Shown: piece after piece, positions 39,307-52,089 of the stretch
Layout: every line of letters starts with the position of its first letter
Position numbering within the stretch: position 1 is the stretch's first letter
Source of the DNA: Squalus acanthias
Lineage: Eukaryota
Direction of reading: 5' to 3'
Length of the DNA stretch: 64,000 bases
Assembly: GCA_030390025.1 (NCBI GenBank)
Contig: CM059432.1
Location: 75,456,001 to 75,520,000 of the forward strand
Program-made: the position numbers and the translations under genes
Notes under the pieces: model-generated
What the model saw: the letters and a program-made list of their open reading frames with translations, nothing else
The model's database searches: none
Told to the model about the DNA's origin: nothing

Positions 39307-40794
39307 GATGTTGGAGATGCTTTAGACAAGAGCAACAAAGATGATTCTAGGACATAAGGCTTGAGGTTATGAATAAAGAGCCAGATACTAAAATTGTTTG
39401 AGACTTCAGCATTGGAAAAAAGATTGAGAGATAACATAATCCAGGTTTTTAATATGATGAGAAGAATGGATCATTAGAACAAAGCAGTTTATTTAACTTT
39501 GTGAGGAAAGAAAGAGAACACGCGTATAAGGTTAACACGCCTCAATCAGGACTTGAAATTAGATATTTTCCCGCAGAGTAGTGGGTATGTGGAATTGTCA
39601 GCTAAAATGGTTAATGTTGTATGGTTCACCCATTTAAGAAGGAGTTGCATACATGTCTAAGGAACAGTATTGAGTGTTATAAGGATAAGTACAGATAGAC
39701 ACCATCAAAAGCTATGCGGAACATGATGATTTGTGAACTGCTGCGACATTAGGAATGTGCAAGAGAAGGCAACTGGTCTAGAATATATAATGTAGAATGC
39801 AATATCAGTTCATGTAGGATGTAAGATTAGATAGATATTCTGGAGTTTTGCTTGATTTACATTTGGGGAGCAAGGAGAAACTGTTCAATGCCTTTTTAAG
39901 AAATATTAGGTTGATTAGAATCATAGTTAAAGTGACCAAAAAAAGATATATCAGTAGAAAGTTCTAACAGACTCTGAGATAGAAATTGGTATGCGTTGCT
40001 CCCGTTTCTCAGATGTAGAATGGGTGCCAAGCATACCAATTCAGCAGTGGTATGGCCTGTGCCCCGGGTTAGAAGGATGAAAGCAAACAGTTGGACAAAG
40101 GCAGCAAAAAATCCTCAAAGCAGTACCAGTTGTCTGATATATATTGGAAGATATATATTGGAAAGAAGCTGGAGACTGGACAGAAATAGAAGTAAAGTTT
40201 GTTGATTGTTGTCTCCTTGACAAACAATTGATCGTAGCTAGATTAATTCTGATGTGTTATAACCATTTTGGATTATGGATGCAATTTCAGATAACTGCTG
40301 TAACAGATGTTGGGACCATTAACCCCTGAAACAGCTGCCTACAAAACCACTTGTGCCAATAACAAATTTAAATATAACTTCATGGTTGAGGCTAACCCTT
40401 TTAATGCAGGGCGCATCCCATAATTTTTTCCCCTAAATAGATATATATATATATATATATATATACAGTGTTAATGCTGCTCCCAGAAATGTATTATTTC
40501 TTTTTATTTCAGTATTCCAGCATCCGCAGTATTTTGCTTTTGTGTTGTAATGTATTATTTGTGACACATTACAGGACTGCTGGTGAGGCTGCTCAAGACC
40601 TAGAAATACTAGTTGGAGCTTTCGCATCGCAAGCTCTGACTAGTCTTAACAAATTTAGGAGCCTGGGGCTGAAATGGGCATAGGGGCCTCATTTCAATAC
40701 TAAAATGAGGCCTGAGTTCATTTTAGGCGTCTGGCAGAGTCACCTAAAAAAAGAGCCCCGACCAATTCAGCAGTGGCCCAAACACCAGTGCCTA

Positions 40795-41051
40795 TGGCAC
40801 TATTTCGAAGAAGAGCAGGGGAGTTATCCCCGGTGTCCTAGCCAATATTTATTCCTTAATCAACATCACTAAAAACAGATTATTTGGTCATTATCACATT
40901 GCTGTTTGTGGGAGCTTTCTGTGCGTAAATTGGCTGCCACGTTTCCCACATTATAACAGTAACTGCACTTCAAAAGTACTTCATTGGCTGTAAAGCGCTT
41001 TGAGACGTCTAGTGGTTGTGAAAGGTGTTATATAAATGCAAGTCTTTCTTT
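40795..41051 (+). mobile_element. Deu-domain SINE 3' half
   Basis: TGGCACTATTTCGAAGAAGAGCAGGGGAG ... TATATAAATGCAAGTCTTTCTTT. Confidence 0.88.
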
Positions 41052-41129
41052 CAGATCGAGCCTGGGCCTCTGCCTTGCTAAATTGGTTATCGTTGCACCT
41101 GTTTTACAGCTGGAAAATCGGCTCAATGA

Positions 41130-41610
41130 TAAAGAAAAAAAAAGAAAGACTTTCATTTATATAGCACCTTTCATGACCACCGGACATCCCAAAGCACTTT
41201 ACAGCCAATGAAGTACTGTTTTTGAAGTGTAGTCACTGTTGTAATGTAGGAAATACGGCAGCCAATTTGCACACAGCAAGCTCCCATAAACATCAATGTG
41301 ATAATGAGCAGATAATCTGTTTCAGTGATGTTGACTGAGGGATAAATATTGACCAGGACAATGGGGATAACGCCCCTGCTCTTCCTCAATATAGCACCAT
41401 GGGATCTTTCACATCCACCTGAGAGAGCAGACAGGGCCTCGGTTTAACATCTCATCCGAAAGACAGCGCCTCTGACAGTACAGCACTCCCTCAGAAATGC
41501 ACTGGAGTGTCAGCCTAGACTTTTGCACTCAAGTCTCTGGAATGGGACTGTGAACCCACAACCTTTTGACTCAGAGGTGAGAGTGCTACCCACTGAGCCA
41601 CAGCTAACAT
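41130..41610 (-). mobile_element. Full-length Deu-domain tRNA SINE (SacSINE1-like)
   Basis: tRNA head (GGCTCAGTGG A box, GGTTCACAGTCC B box), Deu core, L2-like tail. Confidence 0.9.
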
Positions 41611-43454
41611 TGAATTTAGACCCCAGAATGTCCAATTTAACAGCTTCTTTCTGTACATTCACCAGAACACAATTGTACAAAGAATATTCTTCACAACCAT
41701 TACCACTGTTCTTTGTTTTAATTGAGCTATGTTTCTAATTGCAACAGGATTTAGGCTGTGTCTTTTTATTGCCTTTAAGTAAAGCTGAACTGTTTCTTAA
41801 AGCTGTTAAAGTTTATTGACATCGTTGCAAGTTGCGAGGGTCAAGAGTAGTTATCCTTAATGTACCCAAGTCTAACTGGAATTTAATCAAGTTGGATGGT
41901 TCGTTAAAAAGTGCATTCCCTCAAGACCCATATCTAGTTAAACTACATGGAGGCATTCTGTGCTGTTATCCTATATGTTAATGCATTTAAACTGCCTTGA
42001 GATTCTTTTGGCTGTATCTGCTTTATTTCAAGATTGACAAGCAGGCTGCTGAGAACAGCTTGCACCTCAGTACTGGAATCAGCTGAAACAGATGTGTTGG
42101 TAGAATATAAAAGTAGCTTCAATCACTGTTGTGCTGTCTGCTTTTTAAAGTAAATGAAATAAATGACTTGAAAAAAATGGTAACTAAATGCTTCTGTTTC
42201 AGCAAAAATAATGAGAGGAACACTTGCAGTTCCACTCCCCAGTCAATATAGATCAATGTTTATTTGTATGGAAAGGGAGGGGGAAGGAGTGCTCTTAAAG
42301 ATGAGGGAAGACTGTGCTAAGGAATGTTCAGCAGTTTTATTTAATCAATCACTGTATAGTCAGATATAGAATGAGCACCCCTGCCCTCATGACATGCAGC
42401 TGAAGAGTGATCAAGCATATTTCACTTAAGACACTTGACTCAGGAGAATATGGTATTGAGTCGGTAGAGCAATTACACAGGATAAATATAGATGAGGAAC
42501 GAGTGCTGAAAAAAAAATGTTGTAAGTGGAAAATACACTGGGCCCAGGCAGCACGCATCATAGAATGATGACAGAAGCCAGAGAGGCTCTGACCACAATC
42601 TTTCAAACATCCTTGCTTATGAAAATTATATCAGAGGACTGATGTTTGCCAATTCAACACCTCTGTTCAAAAAGGGAGAAAGGGTTAAACTATGTAACTA
42701 CAGACCAGTCAACGTGACAGCGATCGTGGGTATGCTGCTAGAGGCCATAATGCAGAATAAAGTTAATACTCACCTGGAAAACACAGATTAATTAAGGCCA
42801 TCCTGACAAATTTAATCGAGTTCTTTGAGATAATAATGAGGTGTTGATGTAGAAAATGAATTAGATGAGCATACGGATATTCAAAAGGCATTTGATAAGA
42901 TGGAGCAGGGGAGGCTTGTTGATAAAATTAAAGCACATGTCATAGAGTCATAGAGTCATAATGGCACAGAAGGAGGCTATTCGGCCCATCAAGTCCGTGC
43001 CGGCTCTCTGTAGAGCAATCCAGTCAGTCCCATTCCCCTGCTCTATCCCCGTAGCCCTGCAAGTTTATTTCCCTCAAGTGCCTATCCAGTCTCCCCTTGA
43101 AAACATTGAGTGTCTTCGCTTCCACCACTTCTGTCGGCAGCGAATTCCAGGTCATCACCATGCGCTGCGTAAAAATGTTTTTCCTCACGTCCCCCCTGTA
43201 TCTCTTGCCCAAAACCTTAAATCTGTGTCCCCTAGTCCTTGTACCATCAACTAGTGGGAACAGCCTTTCCCCGTCTAGCCTATCCAAACCCGTCATAATC
43301 TTGTACATCTCTATCAAATCACCCCTCAACCTCCTTTGCTCGAATGAAAACAAATCCAGCTTCTCCAACCTGTCCTTGTAGCCAAGATCCACCATCCCCG
43401 GAACCATTCTGGTAAATCTCCACTGTACCCTCTCAAGTGCCTTCACATCCTCTG

Positions 43455-44742
43455 GCACCTCCCCTCTCTGGCCACAGGGGAGGTGGCAGAGGACTGGAGA
43501 ACAGCTAACGTAGTACCATTATTCAAGAAGGGTAGTAGGGATAAACCAGGGAATTACAGGTCAGTGAGCCTAACATCAGTGGTTGGGAAATTATTGGAAA
43601 AAATTCTGAGGGACAGAATTAGTCTCCACTTGGAGAGGCAAGGATTAATCAAGGATAGTCAGCATGGCTTTGTCAGGGGGAGATCGTGTCTAACCAATTT
43701 GATTGAATTTTTCGAGGGGGTGACGAGGTGTGTGGATGAGGGTAGTGCAGTTGATGTAGTCTACATGGACTTCAGTAAGGCTTTTGACAAAGTCCCGCAT
43801 GGGAGACTGGTCAAGAAGGTAAGAGCCCATGGGATCCAGGGCAATTTGGCACATTGGATCCAAAATTGGCTTAGTGGCAGGAGGCAGAGGGTGATGGTCG
43901 AAGGTTGTTTTTGTGACTGGAAGCCTGTGTCCAGTGGTGCACCACAGGGATCGGTGCTGGGTCCTTTGCTGTTTGTAGTGTACATTAATGATTTAGATAT
44001 GAATGTAGGAGGTATGATCAGTAAGTTTGCAGATGACACGAAAATTGGTGGAGTGGTAAATAGTGAGGAGAGAAGCCTCAGGCTACAGGACGATATAGAC
44101 GGGTTGGTCAGATGGGCAGAACAGTGGCAAATGGAATTTAACCCTGAAAAGTGTGAGGTGATGCATTTTGGGAGGACTAACAAGGCAAGGGAATACACAA
44201 TGAATGGTAGGACCCTAGGAAGGACAGAGGATCAGAGGGACCTTGGTGTGCATGTACATAGATCCCTGAAAGCAGCAGGACAGGTAGATAAGGTGGTTAA
44301 AAAGGCATATGGGATACTTGCCTTCATTAGCCGAGGCACAGAATATAAGAGCAGGGAGGTTATGATGAAGCTGTACAAAACGCTAGTTAGGCCACAGCTG
44401 GAATACTGTGTGCAGTTCTGGTCGCCACACTATAGGAGGGATGTGATTGCATTGGAGAGGGTGCAGAGGAGATTCACCAGGATGTTACCTGGGCTGAAGC
44501 GCTTCAGCTATGAAGAGAGACTGGACAGGCTGGGGTTGTTTTCCTTAGACCAGAGAAGGCTGAGGGGGGACCTGACTGAGGTGTACAAAATTAAGAGGGG
44601 CATAGATAGGGTAGATAGAAAGGAACTTTTCCCCTTAGTAGAGGGGTCAATAACCAGGGGGCATAGTTTCAAGGTAAGGGGCAGGAGGTTTAGAGGGGAT
44701 TTGAGGAAAACTTTTTCACCCAGAGGGTGGTTGGAATCTGGA
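43455..44742 (+). mobile_element. Young CR1 RT fragment in opposite orientation (open about 410 codons)
   Basis: ORF 43483: complete RT motifs through FADDTK and LEYCVQFWSP; near-identical to 15800-16260. Confidence 0.93.
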
Positions 44743-44769
44743 ACAGGGAAGGTCAGTGGTAGGATAGAA

Positions 44770-45005
44770 AGCAGGGGGGATACCACTGACCTTCCCTTTT
44801 GTTCTTTCATCCCCTCCCCCTTTTCCCAGCATTATACTTGCTTTAAATCTATTTAATTTCCTGCTTTTTTCCAGTTCTGACGAAAGGTCTTCGACCTGAA
44901 ACGTTAATCTGTTTCTCTCTCCACGGATGCTGCGTGGCCTGCTGAGTTTTTCCAGCGTTTTCTGTTGTTATTTCGGATTTCCAGCATCCGCAGTATTTTG
45001 CTATC
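44770..45005 (+). mobile_element. Penelope terminal fragment
   Basis: Reverse-complement match to 38420-38610. Confidence 0.8.
44872..44910 (+). ncRNA. Minimal hammerhead ribozyme motif
   Basis: CAGTT-CTGACGA-A-AGGTC-TTC-GACCT-GAAA-CG-TT. Confidence 0.7.
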
Positions 45006-45009
45006 GTAT

Positions 45010-47290
45010 TCTGTACTTTTGTACTCAATATCTCTATTTATGAAGCCCAAAATCCCATATGCTTTGCTAACCACTCTCTCAATATGTCCTGCCACCTTCA
45101 GGGACCTATGCACATTAACTCCCAGGTCCCTCTGTCCCTGCACACTCTTTAAAACTGTGCCATTAAGTGTATATTGCCTCTCCCTGTTCCTTCTGCCAAA
45201 ATGCATCACCTCACACTTCTCTGTATTAAATTCCATCTGTCACTTGTCTGCCCATTCTGCTAGCCTTTCTATGTCCTGTTGCAGTCGATTGGTATCATCA
45301 TCACTGTTTTCCACACCCCCAAGTTTGGTGTCATTGGCAAATTTAGAAATTCTACTCTGTATTCCAATATCCAGTTCATTTATATATATATATATATCAA
45401 AAAATGCAGTGGCCCCAGCACTGACCCTTGGGGAACACCACTGTCTACCATCCTCCAGTCTGAAAAACAGCCATTTACCACAACTTGCTGTTTTCTATCC
45501 TTAAGCCAATTCCTTATCCAAGCTGCCACTGACCCACCTATTCCATGAGCCTCAATTTTGTTAACCAGCCTTCTATGTGGTACTTTGTCAAATGCCTTCC
45601 TAAAATCCATGTAGACAACATCCATTGCATTCCCTTCATCAATCCTCTCTGTTACTTCATCAAAAAATTCAATTAGATTAGTCAAACACGATCTGCCTTT
45701 TAGAAATTCGTGTTGGCTCTCCTTAATTAGCTTAAACCTCTCCAAGTGCCCGTTAATTTTTTCCTTGATTATTGTTTCTAAAACTTTACCCACCACTGAT
45801 GTTAAACTGACCGGCCTGTAGTTACTAGGATTGTCCTTACACCCTTTCTTGAACAATGGTGTCACATTTGCCACTTTCCAATCCTCAGGCACCTCCCCCG
45901 CATCTAGGGAAGATTGGAAAATTATGACAAGCACTTCCGCTATCTCCTCCCCCAATTCCCTTAGCAAGCCATCTGGACCAGGCGACTTGTCCACTCTAAG
46001 CATACCCAGCCTTTCTAGCACATCCTGTCTATCAATTTTCACCCCTTCCATTGCTTCTACCTTTTCCACTTCTACCAATATTTTGTCAGCATACGCCTCC
46101 TTAGTAAACACAGGTACAAAGTACTAATTGAGCTAGCCTTGCCCTGCGCCTCTAAGCATATATCACCTTCTTTGTCCCTAATAGGCCCCACCCCACCTCT
46201 TACTACCCGCTTACTGTTTACATGCTGGTAGAAGATTTTTGGGTTCCCTTTTATGTTAACCACCATGCTACTCTCATATTCTCTCTTTGCCAATCTTATT
46301 TTCATCTTCACATCCCCTCTCAACTTACTGTATTGGGTCTGGTTCTCCCTTGAAGAATTCACCTGACATGCATCATACACCTTTTTTGTTTCATCATCTT
46401 CTCTATCTCCCTCGTCATCCAAGGATCCCTTGCTTTGGTTCCCTTACCCTTCCCTCTTGTTGGAATGTACCTAGCCTGTACTTGGAACATCTCCTCCTTA
46501 AAGATCACCCATTGTTCCGTTACAGATTTTCCTGTCAGTCTTTGGTTCCATTTTACCCTGGCTAGATCCTTTCGCATCCCATTGAAGTTAGCCCTATTCC
46601 AGTTGAGATTGTTCACTTGTTGTTCCTTGCTCCTCTCCATTGCTAATCTAAATTTTATGATACGATGATCACTCATACCCAAGTGTTCTCCCACAGACAC
46701 TTGGTCGACCTGGCCCACCTCATTCCCCAGCACCAGATCCAGCAATGCCTCCTTCCTAGTTGGGCCAAGAACATATTGGTCAAGGAAATTCTCCTGAACA
46801 CATTTCAGAAATTCCTCCCCCTCCTTTCCCTTTACCTTAGCATTATCCCAATCGATATTTTGGTAATTAAAGTCCCCCAATATCACCACTCTATAGCTCT
46901 TGCATATCTCTGCGATTTGCCTGCATATTTGCTCCTCTACCTCCCTCTCACTATTTGAAGGCCTATAAAATACCCCCAATAGCGTGATCATACCCTTTTT
47001 GTTCCTCAACTCTAACCAAATGGATTCTGTCCTTGTCCCCTCCTTCCTTTCCAACACTACAACGTCTTCCTTAATGAGCACTGCCACCCCACCTCCCTTT
47101 TTTCCTTCCCTATCTTTTCTGTACACCTTGTACCCTTGAATATTAAGTGCCCAGTCCTCATCGTTTTTAAGCCACGTTTCCGTTATTGCCACAACATCAT
47201 ATTGCCACATGGCTAACTATGCTTGTAGCTCACCAACCTTATTCATCACACTTTGTGCATCGACGTACATACATTCTAAACCCATTTTTG
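45010..47290 (-). pseudogene. CR1 ORF2 (APE endonuclease plus RT), frameshifted
   Basis: ITETWL, GGGVA, GDFN, SDH APE motifs; [25 protein letters not shown]; (TA)n expansion at 45381-45396. Confidence 0.92.
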
Positions 47291-47449
47291 AATTTTTTGT
47301 AGTCTTTCTTAGTCTGCTCCTATCTAATATGGTACTACTACTGCCTCTAGTACTATCTTCTCTAGTACTATCTGACACACTCACTCTTTTATGCACCTTA
47401 TTCTTCTTTTCTACTCCTATATCCTGGTGCCCATCCCCCTGCCAAGCTA

Positions 47450-48386
47450 GTTTAAACCCTCCCCAACAGCACTAACAAACCTCCCCGCGAGAATATTGGT
47501 CCCGGCTCTGTTGAGGTGTAACCCGTCCGGCTTGTACAGGTCCCACTTTCCCCAGAAACGGTCCCAATGCCTCAGGAATCTAAAGCCCTCCCTCCTGCAC
47601 CATCTTTCCAGCCACGCATTCATCTGTTCTATCCTCCTATTCCTGTACTCACTAGCACGTGGCACCGGGAGTAATCCGGAGATTACTACCTTTGAGGCCC
47701 TGCTTTTTAATCTCTCTCCTTAACTCCCTGCAGGACCTCATCCCTCTTTCTGCCTATGTCGTTGGTACTGATATGGACAATGACCTCTGGTTGTCCACCC
47801 TCCCCCCTCAGAGTGTCCTGCAGCCGCTCAGTGACATTCTTGACCGTGGCACTAGGGAGGCAACATACCATCCTCGAGTCACGTCTATGGCCGCAGAAAC
47901 GCCTGTCTGCCCTCCTAATTATTGAACCCCCGACCACTATTGCTCTTCCACTCTTTTTCCTCCCCCCTGTGTAGCTGAGCCACCTGTGGTGCCGTGGACT
48001 TGGCTCTGGCTGCGCTCCCCAGAGGAACCATCGCCCTCAGCAGTACTCAGAACAGAATACTGGTTGGAGAGCGTGATGCACTCCGGGGACTCCTGCACTA
48101 CCTGCCTGGTCCTCCTCTTCTGTCTGGTGGTCACCCATTCCCTCTCTGCCTGCATACTCTTAAGTTGGGGGGTGACCACCTCCAGAAACGTGCTATCCAC
48201 GTAACTCTCAGCCTTGCAAATGCACCGCAATGACTCCAGCTGCCGCTCAAGCTCTGAAACCCGGAGCTCGAGTTGCTGTAGCTGGTGACACTTCCTGCAC
48301 ATGTGGTCATCCAGGCTATGCGAAGCGTCCAGGACTTCCCACATGGCACAGGATGTGCACTCCACAGGACTGAGCTGCCCTGCCAT
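47450..48386 (-). pseudogene. CR1 ORF1 (CxxC zinc finger, leucine zipper, SGNH esterase), frameshifted
   Basis: CTSC..CRKC, LELRVSELERQLESL, VG(D>G)SIIR, HI(G>S)TND, DGLHLN. Confidence 0.9.
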
Positions 48387-48527
48387 GCCTCTATTTAATA
48401 GACTGAGAACTAACCCAGCAGAAATAAACTTAAAACTTAACAAAAAACACTCCCCAGCTACTCACCAATCAGCTTTTTTCCCTCTATTTAATAGGCTATT
48501 AACTAACTTAGCAGAAATAAACTTATA

Positions 48528-49420
48528 GGGGGAGAAATTCAGTATCGCCCCATTTGGGGCGCAATTATCGGCCGGGCGCAAAGATTAGCGCCTGTCGCTA
48601 ATTATCGCCACCGACTGCAAACTTGACTTTTATCGCCCCTGGAGGTGATTGCAGCGCTATATCAGGCGCTTCACACCTGTCTTAAGGCGCAAAGGCCGAG
48701 GAGCGAGGCGCTACCTCAGAGCGCTGGCGAAGCTCATGTAATGTCAGTCAGCAATGGAACACACACACAATGGCACGGGCCAGTTCTTAAAGGGGATGGT
48801 TAATCTTGCTTTCCATCCACATCCTGCTCATTGCAGCCTTGAATCTCGGCCTGGAGAGACCTGCACATCAAATGTGCTGGAAAGAACAATGGAGAGTACC
48901 AGGCAAAGAGCTCAGAGTGCAGCCCCCACAATCTCTGCTAAATCGATACAAGGAATGGCAAATCTAAATGAACCTGCAAAGTGCTGCTCAGTACCCAAAA
49001 CTCCTTCACACAACGTTGAATCTCTCCAGAAGTCTCTCCCTCTCTCTCTCAGAATGCGTAGTTCAAAAATGGCACCAACAATAAAAGGCAGGAAGCGGTC
49101 ACCTTTAAATAGCGCTCCCCCTTTCCCTTCATGACTGCAGAACGCTCCCCTCAACCTGTCGTTGCTAGCGTCAGGTGGTAAGGCAGGGGGCGCCACTCAA
49201 TATCCGCTCCGGGGCGATACCGGGGCGTTGCGCACTCGAGTGACGTCATGATCTGCCGGCGCAGGAGATCGTGGCGGTAGTGTTTAGCGCCGCCGCAAAA
49301 TGTCTAGCTAATTTCGCGAGCGGCGCAAACTTTGCCGCGCCTGGGCGCTAGATGCTTTGTGCCCCATTAGCGCCCTCTTAAGGCGCTAACGGGAGGCGCA
49401 ACCAACTGAATTTTTCCCCC
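48528..49420 (-). mobile_element. Harbinger-type MITE, 893 bp, copy 3 (inverted), in CR1 5' UTR
   Basis: Reverse complement of copies 1 and 2; TSD ATA. Confidence 0.93.
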
Positions 49421-49604
49421 ATAAACTTTAAAGAAAATACACTTACCAGCTACTCACCAATCAGCTCCTTCCCTTGTGCCGACATCACTTGGTTTACTCT
49501 GACGTCACATTTTCCAAAAACTGCCTCTGTTGAGTTGCTGCCGCTCGGGACTGCTCCTTTTAACTGCTCGCTCTCGCTGTGCTCTCACCAGGTCCGCTCC
49601 TTCC

Positions 49605-51905
49605 AGTGCTGCTCCCGCTCTCGGCGCTCTTTGTGCCTCTGCTCCCGCTCTCGGCGCTCTTTATACCGCTGCTCCCGCTCTCGGCGCTCTTTATACCGCT
49701 CGTCCCGCTCTCGGCGCTCTTTATACCACTGCTCCCGCTCTCGGCGCTCTTTATACCACTGCTCCCGCTCTCGGCGCTCTTTATACCGCTGCTCCCGCTC
49801 TCGGCGCTCTTTATACCGCTGCTCCCGCTCTCGGCGCTCTTTATACCGCTGCTCCCGCTCTCGGCGCTCTTTATTCCGCTGCTCCCGCTCTCGGCACTCT
49901 TTATACCACTGCTCCCGCTCTCGGCGCTCTTTATACCACTGCTCCCGCTCTCGGCGCTCTTTATACCGCTGCTCCCGCTCTCAGCGCTCTTTATTCCGCT
50001 GCTCCCGCTCTCGGCGCTCTTTATTCCGCTGCTCCCGCTCTCGGCGCTCTTTATTCCGCTGCTCCTGCTCTCGGCGCTCTTTCTGCCGCTCCTCCTGCTC
50101 TTGGCGCTCTTTATACCGCTGCTCCTGCTCTCGGCGCTCTTTCTGCTGCTCCTCCCGCTCTCGGCGCTCTTTATACCGCTGCTCCCGCTCTCGGCGCTCT
50201 TTATTCCGCTGCTACCGCTCTCGGCGCTCTTTATTCCGCTGCTCCCGCTCTCGGCGCTCTTTGTGTCACTGCTCCCACTCTCGGTGCTCTTTATGCCGCT
50301 GCTCCCGCTCTCAGCGCTCTTTATACCGCTGCTCCCGCTCTCGGCGCTCTTTATTCCGCTGCTACCGCTCTCGGCGCTCTTTGATTCGCTGCTCCCGCTC
50401 TCGGCGCTCTTTGTGTCGCTGCTCCCGCTCTCGGCGCTCTTTGTGTCGCTGCTCCCGCTCTCGGCGCTCTTTATGCCGCTGCTCCCGCTCTCGGCGCTCT
50501 TTATACCGCTCGTCCCGCTCTCGGCGCTCTTTATACCGCTGCTCCCACTCTCGGCGCTCTTTATACCGCTCGTCCCGCTCTCGGTGCTCTTTATACCGCT
50601 GCTCCCGCTCTCGGCGCTCTTTATACCGCTCGTCCCACTCTCGGCACTCTTTATACCGCTGCTCCCGCTCTCGGCGCTCTTTATTCCGCTGCTCCCACTC
50701 TCGGTGCTCTTTATACCGCTGCTCCCGCTCTCGGCGCTCTTTGTGTCACTGCTCCCGCTCTTTATTCTGCTGCCCCCGCTCTCGGCGCTCTTTATACCGC
50801 TGCCCCCGCTCTCGGCGCTCTTTATACCGCTGCTCCCGCTCTCGGCGCTCTTTGTGTCACTGCTCCCGCTCTCAGCGCTCTTTATTCCGCTGCCCCCGCT
50901 CTCGGCGCTCTTTATACCGCTGCCCCCGCTCTCGGCGCTCTTTATTCCGCTGCTCCCACTCTCGGTGCTCTTTATACCGCTGCTCCCGCTCTCGGCGCTC
51001 TTTGTGTCACTGCTCCCGCTCTCGGCGCTCTTTATTCCGCTGCTCCCACTCTCGGTGCTCTTTATACCGCTGCTCCCGCTCTCGGCGCTCTTTGTGTCAC
51101 TGCTCCCGCTCTCAGCGCTCTTTATTCCGCTGCCCCCGCTCTCGGCGCTCTTTATACCGCTGCTCCCGCTCTCAGCGCTCTTTATTCCGCTGCCCCCGCT
51201 CTCGGCGCTCTTTATACCGCTGCTCCCGCTCTCGGCGCTCTTTGTGTCACTGCTCCCGCTCTCAGCGCTCTTTATTCCGCTGCCCCCGCTCTCGGCGCTC
51301 TTTATACCGCTGCCCCCGCTCTCGGCGCTCTTTATTCCGCTGCTCCCGCTCTCGACACTCTTTGTGTCGCTGCTCCCGCTCTCGACACTCTTTGTGTCGC
51401 TGCTCCCGCTCTCGACACTCTTTGTGTCGCTGCTCCCGCTCTCGGCGCTCTTTGTGTCACTGCTCCCGCTCTCGGCGCTCTTTGTGTCACTGCTCCCGCT
51501 CTCGGCGCTCTTTGTGTCGCTGCTCCCACTCTCGGCGCTCTTTATACCGCTGCTCCCGCTCTCGGCGCTCTTTATTCCGCTGCTCCCGCTCTTGGCGCTC
51601 TTTGTGTCGCTGCTCCCGCTCTCGGCGCTCTTTATACCGCTCTTCCCGCTCTCGGCACTCTTTATACCGCTCCTCCCGCTCTCGGTGCTCTTTATTCCGC
51701 TGCCCTCGCTCTCGGCGCTCTTTATCCCGCTGCTCCCGCTCTCGGCGCTCTTTATTACACTGTTCCCGCTCTCGGCGCTCTTTATACCGCTGCTCCTGCT
51801 CTCGGCGCTCTTTGTGTTGCTGCTCCCGCTCTCGGCGCTCTTTATACCGCTGCTCCCGCTCTCGGCGCTCTTTATTCCGCTGCTCCCGCTCTCGGCGCTC
51901 TTTGT
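49605..51905. repeat. 30-bp CpG-rich minisatellite CCGCTGCTCCCGCTCTCGGCGCTCTTTATA, about 77 copies
   Basis: Visible tandem array; one 9-bp deletion at about 50760; variant units TTATAC/TTATTC/TTGTGT. Confidence 0.97.
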
Positions 51906-52089
51906 ATTAAAGGGAATGCTGTAGCAAGGGTATGAGGTTGGTTAAAGAAAAGGAGACAAAGAGAAGTGATTAATAGATATTTATCGAACTGGATCAATGT
52001 AAACAGTTGTGTTTGTCCCAGCAGTCAGTGTTGGGACCATTGCTCTTCTCAATATATATATAAATGGTCTGGACTTGATATAGGGAGCA

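Larger units (their letters stand above)
42941..51902 (-). mobile_element. Full-length CR1 LINE (5' monomer array, 5' UTR, ORF1, ORF2, tail) with nested insertions
   Basis: (CATAGAGT)n tail at 42941; ORF2 C-term 43024-43455; ORF2 APE+RT about 45010-47290; ORF1 47450-48386; short TGT overlap at both junctions with the host CR1. Confidence 0.85.

Noticed and set aside
39990..40330. Coding-looking unique stretch
   Set aside because: Frames following candidate acceptors hit stops or give unrecognisable peptides
49530..51924. 791-, 781- and 284-aa ORFs (Arg/Ser/Cys-rich, Leu-rich, Ala-rich)
   Set aside because: By-product of a 30-bp stop-free tandem unit; several frames are open at once and there is no domain content
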